A stretch of DNA of 64,000 nucleotides. Source: Mobula hypostoma (taxonomy: Eukaryota). The translations under genes were made by a program, and so were the position numbers. The DNA lies in assembly GCF_963921235.1 (NCBI RefSeq), contig NC_086097.1, forward strand, positions 120,778,001-120,842,000, written 5' to 3'. The notes below the pieces were generated by a model. That model was not told where the DNA came from and made no database searches. It saw only the letters and a program-made list of their open reading frames with translations. Below are positions 23,586-34,838 of the stretch, one piece after another; the first letter of the stretch is position 1; every line of letters starts with the position of its first letter.

Positions 23586-24580
23586 AAAAGCTTATTCTAT
23601 AGCCAAGGATAAATCCAGCACAGGGAGAGAGAACTAAAGAATTTGTGGTGGACAGCTAAAGCCCTGGGGATCTTAAGGCTGGCAGACTCTGGTGACACAG
23701 CAGGCTTCTTCATTGCCACCAAAGCAGTCTATGTTCCCAGTTACTGCAGATTAAAGACTCATGCCCTCAAAGGACAGGGTGAACTTGTTAATGGATCAGA
23801 AGGATAATCAATGATCAATGAAGAGAGCACTTTCAAGAACTTCTTAACCATGACAACACTGAGTTAGAACCAAATCTTCCAGAGACCTGTGAAGGAAATC
23901 ATGGGAGAACCTCTGAGTATGAAAGAGGTCCAGGGTACTATCAGGAGCTTGAAATGCAACAAAGCCATTGGTCCTGACAGGATTCTAGCAGAAATCCTCA
24001 AGGTGGACCAGTGCTCCTGCACTACATATAAACTCTGCTCCTGAAGGTCTGGGAAAAGGAACAACTGCCTTCAGAGCTCACGGATGCTCTAATAGTGGCC
24101 TTATTTCAAGAAGAGAGACAAGGCAGATTGAGGCAATTACAGAGGCATCTCCCTTCTGTCAACAATAGGCAAAGTGCTTGAACGTATCTTTGTTATCTGA
24201 CTCCTTCTGCCATTTGAAGTAGTCTTCCCTGCATCACAATGTGCTTTTGCCCACCTAGAGCTACCACAGACATAATTTTCAACGCAATGCCGATTTGAGA
24301 AAAAATGCCATGAACAAAGGCAACCCTTGTACTTGGCTTTCATAGATTTGACAAAGGTATTTGATACAATAGGCCACCATGCTCTCTGATATACATTATT
24401 CTGACGTGGCTGCCCTGACAAGTACTTAGACAGAGGCTACTGCATGATGACATGTCAGCTACTGTACTCAGCAACAGTGGTACTGAATCCGAACCCTTCA
24501 CTGCCAAGACAGGAATCAAACAGGGCTGTATCATTTCTCCCACCCTATTTGCCATTTTTACTATTGCTCTCCGTCACCCA
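23586..24580 (+). mobile_element. RTE LINE, inverted 5' segment (RT N-terminal half)
   Basis: KAIGPDRILAE, GNYRGISLLSTIGKVL, LYLAFIDLTKVFDTI, GIKQGCIISPTLFAIF. Confidence 0.85.
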
Positions 24581-24928
24581 CAGACTAGGGTGCACCCAGG
24601 AAGTCAGGTTTAAACAGTGAGAAGAGTCAAGCCTGAATTTTTAAAGTCATCATCAATTGCTTTGATCTAGTGGGGAATCAGTTAAAGAAAAGCTCATTTC
24701 AAACAACTACTCAGTGTTTAAGGCATTTCTAAGATAAAACTTTCTCTATATTAATAGCAATATGGATGCCTTGCACAATGTATCTTCAAAAACAAAATTT
24801 TTCCTCAGTACAGATTTCAGTACTAAAGTGTCAGGACTGGATCTTGAGTCCATAATCTCTGATTCAGAAACAATAACCATTTTTACTAGGCAGTGCAGTA
24901 TATGTCACCACTTCAGCAAAATGTTTAA

Positions 24929-27900
24929 TGTCATGGCTTAAACTGGGTTGGTTTGTCCAAAAAGGATCTGTCAGACTTGCACAGGCAGGGACCTCCCAGT
25001 CTCCGCCCAGCTAACACGAGTCACCCGCCACTCATTTCCAACACATCAACTGCAGCCTATTTAAACCCAGTTCGTATCCACCATCCTTGTTCCCTCAACA
25101 AGTTGCTCCTAGATGTCAGTTACATTGGTACCCTGTTGTGCACAGGGTTGCTGCTCCCTGCACCAGTCAACCCCTGGATTCCAGTGTCTGAATGCTTTTA
25201 CGAATCTCCAATCTGATGCCATAACTCCCTGTCCCAATGCATCTTACAATTTGAGCTCCAGCCATCTCTATATGTCACAGGCCGAGCCTATCTCTCACCC
25301 CTTCTGCATCACAGCCATTGACGGTGATCCCTTGGGATCTGGAATAGTCAGAGCACGCACACAGCCTGTGCACGTGAGCATCTGAGAACACTAAGAGTCA
25401 ATCCAAGACGTCCTGATTGACTCAGACAACACTCCTCTCATTTTGGGTTCCTCCTGGCTCTCCACCCACAATCCTCACTTTGCCTAGACATCCAGTTCAC
25501 TGCTGAGTTGGCGACTCACCTGCTGGATCATCTGCCTTCAACCTCAGCTGATTTCAACCTGTAAATCCCTGGAGACGATGGAAGCCCTTGACTTCACCAA
25601 ACTCCTAATGGAGTACCACATCTTAGCCATTGCCTTCAGTTAAAAGGAAGCCAGCGTCCTTCTATCTCACAGACCATATGACTGCACAATTGGCCTCCTC
25701 CCGGGCATCACCCCTCCCCAAGGTCATTTTCTTCCTCTCCTCTCTGGACACCCAAACCATGAATGACAACAGCACAGTTTCATTTGACCATCCCAGTAAC
25801 AGCCAGTACAGGATTATTCTTTGTCAAATATAAAGATGGCGGTCTTTGTCCCTGTGTTGATTATCATGGACTTAACAAAATCACCATTAAGAACCACTAA
25901 CATCTTCCCTTGACCGATAACACATTAGAAACACTCCGTAGGGTGCAGATCTTCACCAAACTGGATTTGCGAAGAGTGTATAATCTGATTTGCATCCACC
26001 AGGGGGATGAGTGGAAGAGGATGTTCATAAAGCAACATGGCCTCTGTGAGGACATGGTAATGCCTTTCAAACTTACCAACAGTCTGGTTATTCTCCAAGC
26101 CTTCAATAACAAGTTCCCCTAAGACATGCTACACAGGTATCCATTTGTCTACCTCAGTGACATCCTCATCTTCTCCAAGGATGCCCAAGACCAACTATAT
26201 TCATTCCTCCAGGTTCTCGTTGAAAACCAACTCTACAAGTTAAAAAAATTCCATTTCCACACCCCAGTCATTTCTTTCCTGGGTTCTGCCCTTTCACTCC
26301 AAGGCATAACCATGGACCTAGAAAAAGTGAGTGCCATCATTGAATGGACCTGACCTCACTTCCTCAAATAGTTACAGCGTTTGGGCTTCTCCAACTTCTA
26401 CCTTGTTCATTAGAGACGACAGCTCCTCACAACTCCCTCACCAGACTACCTACCTCACGAATAACCATGACAGACCATGCTTTCAAAGAGCTCAGGAGGT
26501 GCTTCATTACCACTGCCATTCTCCACCATCCGAACCCCTCTAGACCTTTTGTGGTACAGATGGATGCAACTGATGTGGGTGTCAAAGCCATCCTTCCCCA
26601 GCGAGGAACAGATGGGAAGATACAACCTTGTGCCTTCTTCAAGGACATTTAACTCTGCACATTATAGAGTAGTAGAAAAGGAGCTACTCACCATCAAATG
26701 GCCTTTGGATGAATGGAAACATTGACTGATAGGAAATACCAAGCACTCCTTGATCTAGACTGACCACCAGAACTTCGTATCCATTCAGCAGACCAACTGA
26801 CTCAACCCACATCAGACTTGCTGGGCCCTCTCCTTCGAACAGTTCAATTTCACCATCTCCTTCCGACCTAGGTCCAAGAGCACAAAGGTGAACACCCTGT
26901 CATGATAGCTTGACCCAGAAGAAATAGAGATCGACCCTCAGATCATCATTCCCTCCTCCCCAATCCTTGCTCCAGTCATCTGGGACCTCAGAAGCAGATC
27001 CGCCAAGGCCCAAAACATAACACTGGTCTGGCCAACACACCTAACAACTAACATGGCAGCCATGCGATCTGAGGCGCTCCAGTGGGCCCATTCTACACCC
27101 CTGTCTGGCCATCCAGGCACATGACAGACTCTAGATTTTCTGTGACACCAATTCTGGTGGCTCACCATGATCACAGATCATCAATTCGTCACTGCCTGCT
27201 CTCAATGTGCTGAGTTCAATTCATCCAAACAGCACCCCTCTGGGCTCCCTTGACATCCGAGGACACACATCACCATGGATATCATCATGGGTGTGTCACA
27301 TTCCAGTGGGGCCGTGGTGATCATGGGATTGGTGGACCAGCCCTCCAAGGCAGCCCACTTCATTACGCTCTCCTCACTTCCATCAGCCGATGAGACAGTG
27401 GACCTGGTACTTCAACACATAGTTCGCCTCCACGTCTCCCCTCAGAACCATGTGTCAGATCAGGGTCCACAATTCATCTCTGGCTTCTGGAGACTCTTCT
27501 GCTCCCTCCTCTGCACCTCAGTGAGTCTGCCCTCTGGATTTCATCTGCAGACCAACAGACAGTCAGGGAGCGCCAGTCAGCAAGTGGAGAAATTCCTGCA
27601 ATGTTTTGCCACCTCCAATCCTTCCACACAGAAGATGTATCTGCTCTGGGTCAAGCAGTCCTACAAACTATGCACCTCCTCTTCCATGGGTATGTCACCC
27701 TTTGAAGTGCTTCATGGCTACCAACCGCTGCTGATCCACGTGAAGGAGGTAACAGTAGAAGTCCCATCCACCAGGGCCCTGGTTCATCGCTGCTGGAATA
27801 CTTGGAAGAGGGCATGAAATGCCATCCTAGAAGAGGGCACAAAATGCCATCCTAGCTGCCAACCACGCCTACTTCTGCCAGACCTACTGCCGGCAGTGCC

Positions 27901-28556
27901 CAGCTAAACTACTGTGTCCTGGGGACCATGTCTGGCGATTCAATTGAGTTCTGCCCCTGGGCACAGACTCCTGCAAGCTCTAGTCCTGGTTCACTGGCCA
28001 TTTCAAGATTATGCATCCCCTCAGTCCAGTTGCTTACCATCTCCAGCTGCTAACATCCTTCAGGATCACAACTACCCTCCACGTGTCCTGCCTCAAGATT
28101 GTTGACCATGAACCATTTAACCCTGCCCCTCTGGAACCTAGGATGGTAGAAGGTGCTCCAGTGTACATGGTTTGCCGACCGATGGATTCACAACATCGTG
28201 GTCGGGTTATGCGTTACCTGGTCGACTGGGAAGGTTATGGCCTGGAGGGGAGGTCTTGTGTAATGCCCAGTTTCATCTTGGATTCACCACGCATTGAGGA
28301 GTTCCACTGGACTCATCCAGTTCGCCCAGGCTGAACACAGCTCTCAGCCACAATACTTCTTCACTCATCAGAACAGCCAGCCCCACCGAGCTGCTTCTAG
28401 TCTTCAGTTACCATATTGACTTGTATTGTTAAGTATCCATTTTCTCTTGTTTTGTGGCCCCTCTTGACTTGTTCTTTTGCAGTTTATTATTAAAGTTATC
28501 ACTCACCACTAAATCATCTCCTCTGCTCAGCATCTGGGTCCTCTACACTTCCTACA
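24929..28556 (+). mobile_element. Old Gypsy chromovirus (sushi-like), pol pseudogene with LTR remnants
   Basis: RT IFTKLDLRRVYNLICIHQGDEWK and VYLSDILIFS; RNase H PFVVQMDATDVGV; integrase SDQGPQFISGFW..SGFHLQTN; chromodomain YLVDWEGYG. LTR remnants 25061-25123 and 28331-28411 align at about 45/62 by hand. Confidence 0.85.
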
Positions 28557-28564
28557 GGATCTTA

Positions 28565-28985
28565 GAGTCAGAATGAAAATTGGGTTTAATATCACTGTCA
28601 TATCTCATGAAATCTGTTGTTTTGCAGCAGCAATGCAGTGCAATACATAAAAAACTATAAATTACAATAAGAAATATACCTTACTTTGCAAATATATAAA
28701 ATAATTTAAATAAGTAGTGCAAAAAGAGAACAAAAATATAATAAGGTCGTGTTCATGTAAGGTTCATTGTCTGTTCGGAAATCTGATGGCAAACAAGAAG
28801 AAGCTGCCCTTAAAATATTGAGTGCGTGTCTTCCCCCTCCCTGATGGTAGTAACGAGAAGAGAGCATGTCCTGGGTGATGGAGGTCCTTTATAGTGGATG
28901 CCGCCTTTTTTCGGTATAACCCCATGAAGGTGCCCTCGATGGTGGGGAGACGAGTGCCAATGATGTAGCAGACTGAGATTGCAAC
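28565..28985 (-). mobile_element. Rex1/Babar-like 3' fragment
   Basis: AASTIKDLHHPGHALFSLLPSG-type sequence on the minus strand, plus UTR. Confidence 0.65.
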
Positions 28986-30134
28986 CCTCTGAATCTAAAT
29001 CTGAAGAAGCAGCCTTTTGGAACAAAATATAATATATAACAACCCATGTGTTTAAGAGAAAGTGGAAGATAGCCACTGAACACATTACTAAATATGCTGT
29101 TATTCAAGAAAGCCGCCCCGTAATTAATGAGAGTCAAATAAATGATGTTGCTAAGGATTAATCTGACTCTGGGTTACAAGGTGGGTGAAAAGCTGTGTCT
29201 AGTAGTAAATTACAATTCAGGCAGCCAAGGTTGGCCAGGTGGAACCCTCTCATTATCCTTTTTTCACTGTTTTCCTCTTTCTGTTTAAACAGCCATCCTA
29301 ATGGGATGCATGTGAGCTCTGCTATATCAAGTAAAGCCTCGAAAATACAAATGGATTCAATTACTCAAACCATGTGGTTAGATGATGTAATTTATATAAT
29401 ATTTTATTTAATGACACCTACTCGGGCCCCAGGATAATGAGCAGCAGAAGCGGAAATAAACCTTTCATGGCAAAGTCACTGGTCTCACTCCATGATTTAT
29501 TTGTTAATTTACTCCCATTTAAGAGTGAAATGTAAATCCAAAGAAGGTACCTCCCAAAAGTGTGGCATAAACAAAGTTCCTGAAGAGAAACTGCAGGTAG
29601 TGATTTAGATCCCATTCTGTCACTTGACATGTTATCAGGTCAACATTTTTTTTTTGTGGCTTATAAATCATGGGCTGGAAAATCCAAGAACAGTTACAGC
29701 CACCTTACCATGTCCACTGATCCTGTACAATGCTGACCCCTGCTGGTGTTTGCAGCATTGCTCGTGGGTCTATCATCTGGAAGACTTGAGGCATCTGTTT
29801 GCTCTGAAAGGAGGATGGCATCTAAAGATCTTGAGGGAAGGTAGACACTTTCCAGCTTCCACATTCCCTACCACCCACAATATTACTCCACCCTGAAAAT
29901 CTGATGCCTTCTATACTACTTTTCCCACGGGAGCTAAACCTTCCCTCAGCAGTGTCAGAGCAGGGTAACTCACTTCAATCAGCTTCATTCCAGTGAGGGG
30001 TTTCAACTCAAGCAGGAAATGGCCAGGATAGAGTCATTGAGTTATACAGCCCAGAAATGGACCTTTCATTATACCATGTGCATGCGGAACCTTTTGTCTA
30101 CCTACACTACTCCAATTTGCCCATATTAGGATCA

Positions 30135-30505
30135 AAGTTCAAAGTAAATTTATTATCAAAGTGCGTATATGTCACCATATACTACCCTGAGATTCATTTT
30201 CTTGCAGGCAATCACAGTAGAACAACAAAATACAATAAAATCAAATAAAAACTGCACGCAACATCAGACAAAAGACCAATCAGCAAAAGAAGATTAACTG
30301 TGCAAAAACAAAAGAAACGTAAGTAAATAGCATTGAGTTTGTGAGTTGTAGAGTCCTTGAAGGTGAGCCTGTAGGCACTGAAATCAGTTCAGAGTTGTGA
30401 TGAGTGAAGATGTCCATGCCAGTTGAGGAGCCTAATAGTTGAAGGGTAATAACTGTTCTTGAACTTGGTGATGTGGGGCCTTTGACTCCTGTACCTTCTT
30501 CCTGT
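30135..30505 (-). mobile_element. Rex1/Babar-like 3' UTR fragment
   Basis: TCAAAGTTCAAAGTAAATTTATTATCAAAGT is the reverse of the tail at 12900. Confidence 0.7.
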
Positions 30506-33464
30506 TTATAAAAGGTTTGTATTCTTCTATACTTTGCCTGTTCAAGTGCCTATCAAAGTGACTCCTGAACATAGTGCTTGTATTGGACTCTCCCACCTTC
30601 TAAGTACATATAGAAGAAAAAATAACTTTTCCCTCAAAATGTCTTCTCACTTTAAACTATATTCTCCTGTTTTTGATACTTCCAACTTCCATTTCAGCTG
30701 GCTGCAATCAGTGTGAGATAAAGAGCTTTGTTGCTTTCCAGACTTTTTGGTAGGCTTCAATCAAAACGAAAGGTTGTTCGCTGATGACACAATGTGAGGT
30801 TTAAAAAGGACTCAGGTGCTTTCAGGACTTTTCAGCAGCTGCAATTAGCTCGAGAAGGTGTTTATTGGCGATGCAGGGCAAAGTTTAAAAAGACTTTGGG
30901 TGCTTTTGGGACTTTTTGACAGGCTGCAAACATAACAATCTACTGGGCACTCAGCAGGGGCCAATAAAAAGAAATGAGGTGTAGGCAGAGTGGCCATTGT
31001 GTGAATGGACAGTATCAGAGTGGTCTGGGTTTTGCTCAATGGGCTTAGGGTAGAACAGGCTTGGACAAGCATAGACAGAGGTTCTAATAAGTTTCCGGTA
31101 GGCTTACTTCTTCTGTTAGTACAGAGTTAGCGTTATGTTTCTTGTGTGAGATCTTGGAACTTTGGATGACCTCCAGTCTCCTTGATAAGAACACTGCCAT
31201 GAAGAACACCACGTGGCAGATCCTTGGAGTCCATGTTAAGGAACTAGAGCTAGAACTGGCTGACCTTTGGCTCATAAGGAAGAATGAGGAGGTGATAGAC
31301 AGGAGCTACAGGGCAGTAGTCATCCCTATGTTGCAGGAGGCAGGTACCTGGATGACCTTCAGGAGAGGGAAAGGGAAGAGGCAGTCAGCGCAGAGCACCC
31401 CTGTGGCTGCCCTCCTCAACAGTAAGTATATCACTTTGGATAGTGTTGGGGGGAACACAGTGTCGGGGCAAGCCGCACTGACCTGATCTCTAGCACTGAG
31501 TCTATCTCTGCAGCTCAGAAGGGAAGGGGGTGAAGAAGAGGAGAGCATTAATGATAAGGGATTCCATAGTTAGAGAACCAGACAGCAGATTCTGTGGACA
31601 TGAAAGAGGCACCTGGATGGCATGTTGCCTCCCAGGTGCCAGGGTCAGGGGTGACTCAGATCGGCACCACAGCATTCTAAAGGGGGAGGGTGAAATACAG
31701 GAGGTTGTGGTACATATTGACACATGTACCAATGACATATGTAGGAAAAGGAAGGGGGGCCTGAAGAGGAATTTAGGCAGCTAGTAGAAAGCTGAGTAGT
31801 AATCTCTGGATTGGCGCCTACAAGATGAATTTATGTAGGGAGCAGGGTTTCAGATTTCTGGATCATTGGAGTCTCTTCTGGGGAAGGTTTGACCTTTACA
31901 AAAACAATGGGTTACACTTGAACCCGAGGGGGGACCAATAACCTTGCGGGCAGACTTGCTAATGCTGTTGGGGTGAGTTTATACTAATTCAGCAGGGGAA
32001 TGGGAACCAGACTGAAAGGGCTGAGGATGGGGCAGTTTATTTACAAGTAGATGCAGTTTGTAGTGAGATAGTGAGGAAGGACAGGTGATGGTAAGGCAAA
32101 ATTGCAGTCAGTGGAATAAGGTAATGTTTAATATGAGGCCAAAATCAGAAAGGGTGATGAATACAGGACTGAAGGTGTTATATCTGAATGCACGCAGTAT
32201 ACGGAATAAGATAAATGATCTTGTAGCCCCATATTGAGATTGGCTGCTACGATGCTGTGGGCATCACTGAGTTGTAGCTGAACGAAGATCATAGTTGTGA
32301 GCTTGACATTCAAGGATACACAATTTATCAAAAGGACAGGCAGGTAGGCAGAGGGGATGGGATGGCTCTGTTGGTAGAAAATGAAATTAAATACTTAGAA
32401 AGAGGTGACATAGAATCGAAAGATGTAAAATCCTGTGGCTGTAGTTAAGAAACTGCAAGCATAAAAAGACTTTATAGTAGTTATATACAGACCACTGAAC
32501 AGTAGCCAGGACTTGGGCTACAAATTACAATGGGAGATCGAAAAGGCAATGAAAGGGCAATGTTGCAATAGTTATGGGAGATTTCAATATGCAGGTAGAT
32601 TGGGATAATCAGGCTGTAGCTGAGTCCCAAGAGAGGGAATTTGTAGAACGCCAACTCTTTAGATCAGCTTGTGGTTGAGCCCACTAGGGGAATTGCAATT
32701 CTGGATTTGGCATTATGTAATGACCAGAATTGATAAGGGAGCTTAAGGTAAAGGAACAGTGGCTGGAGTTTCCGAGAGTAATTTGGAAGGTGCAGGAAAG
32801 ATAGATCTCACAGATAAAGAGGCATTTTTTAGGGAGGATGAGGCAACTGTGGCTGACAAGGAAAGTCAAAGACAGCATTAAAGCAAAAGAGAGGGTATAT
32901 AATATAGCAAAAATTAATGGGAAGTTAGAAGATTAAGAAACTTTTAAAAACCAACAGAAAAAAACTAAAAAAGCCATAAAGAAAGAAAAGATGAAATTAT
33001 AAGGTAAGCTAGACAATAATGTAAACGAGGATGCAAAAAGATTTTTCTGATATTGAAAGAGTAAAAGGGAGATGAGAGTGGATATTGGACCGCTGGAAAA
33101 TGGCACAGGAGAGGTAGTAATGAAGGACAAAGAAATGGTGGCGAAACGTATTACGTAATTAGTGTCAGTCTTCATTGGGAAAGATACTAGCAGAATGCCG
33201 GAAATGCAGGAAGCAGAAGTAAGTGTAATTGCTATTACTAAGGTGAAGGTTCTTGGGAAAGAAAAAAATCTGAAGATAGATAAGACACCTGGACCAGTTA
33301 AACTACGCCCCAGGGTTCTGAAAGAGGTAGCTGAAGTGATTGTGGAGGCATCGGTAACGATCTTTCAAGAACCACTAGATTCTGGAATATTCCAGACGAC
33401 TGGAAAGTTGCAAATGTCACTCCCCTCTTTAAGTCAGGACAGAGGCAGAAGAAAGGAAATTATA

Positions 33465-34838
33465 AGCAACACACACAAAATTCTGGAGGAACTCAGCAGG
33501 TCAGGCAGCATCTGTGGAAAAGAGGAAACAGTCGATGTTTCGGGCAGAGACCCTTCATCAGGGCTGGGAAAAAAGATGAGAAGACAAAGTAAGAAGGTGG
33601 GAGGAGGAGAGGAAGAAATATAAGGTGCTAGGTGATAGGTGAAACTAGGAGAAGGGGAAGGGGTGAAGTAAAGACTTGGGGAGTTGTTGGGGCAAGGGAT
33701 AAAGGGCTGGAGAAGGACAAATATGATAGGAGAGGATAGAAGACAATGGAAGAAAGGGAAAGGGTAGGAGCACCAAGAGTTGCTGGGCAGGTAAGGAGTT
33801 AAGGTGAGAGGGAGAAACAGGAATGGGGAATGGTGAACGAGGGTTGGGGGTGGGGGAATCAATTACCAGAAGTTTGAGAAATGGATGCTCATGCCATCAG
33901 GTTGGAGGTTACCCAAACAGAAGATAAGGTGTTGTTCCTTCAACCTAAGTGTGGCCTCATCACAATAGTGGAGGAGGCCATTTATTGACGTATCAGACTA
34001 GGAATGGGAACTGGAATTAAAATGGGTGACCACTGGGAGATCCTGCTCCTTTCTCTGGCGGATGGAGCATAGGTGCTCAGTGAAGCGATCTCTCAATCTA
34101 GGTCGGGTCTCACCAATATACAAGAGGCCACAGTGGATGCACCAGATGCAGTAGGTGACCCCAGCAGACTCACAGGTGAAGTGTCACCTCACCTGGAAGG
34201 ACTGTTTGGGGCCCTGAACAGTAGTGAGGGAGGTGGTGTCGGGGCAGGTGTGGCATTTATTCTGCTTGCAAGGTTAAGTTCCAGGAGGGAGATTTGTGGG
34301 CAGGGATAAGTGGACAAGGAAGTCGCATAGGGAGTGATCCCTGCAGAAAGTGGAAAGTTGGGGGTGGGAAAGATGTGCTTGATGGTGGGATCCTGTTGGA
34401 CAATTATGTGCTGTATGTGAAGGCTAGTGGGTACCAAGTGAGGGCAAGAGGAACCCTATCCCTGGTGTTGCAGCAGAAGGATGGGGTGAGGGCAGATGTG
34501 CGCAAAATGAAAAAGACGTGGGTGAGGGCAGCATTGATGATGGGAGAAGGAAAGCCCTTTTCTTTAAAGGAGGATGTTTCATTAGTTCTGGAATGTCAAC
34601 CCTCATCCTCAGTGCAGATGCAGTGAAGACAGGGGAGCTAAAAGAAGAAGATGGCAATTTCACAAGTGACAGTGTGGGAAGAGATATAGTCCAGGTTGCT
34701 GTGAGAATCAGTGGGTTTATGAAAGATATCAGTAGATAGACTGTCTCCAGACATACAGATTGAGAGATTAAGAAAGGAGAGGGAGGTGTCAAAAATGGAT
34801 CAAGTAAATCTGAGGGCAGGGTAGAAGTTGGAGGCAAA
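33465..34838 (-). mobile_element. Penelope-like element, 5'-truncated (RT C-terminus, GIY-YIG, terminal repeat)
   Basis: Minus strand FASNFYPALRFT..SGDSLSTDIFHKPTDSH and VTYCIWCIHCGLLYIGETRPRLRDRFTEH. Inserted at the CR1 KGNY|RPV codons with approximate duplication GGAAATTATA / GGAAAATATA. Confidence 0.9.
33529..33566 (-). ncRNA. Minimal type I hammerhead ribozyme motif, best-preserved copy
   Basis: CAGCC-CTGATGA-A-GGGTCTCTGCCC-GAAAC-ATC-GACTG: stem I CAGcC/GACTG, core CUGAUGA/GAAA, stem II GGG/CCC, NUH site AUC. Stem III is mismatched by a probable CpG decay. Confidence 0.65.
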
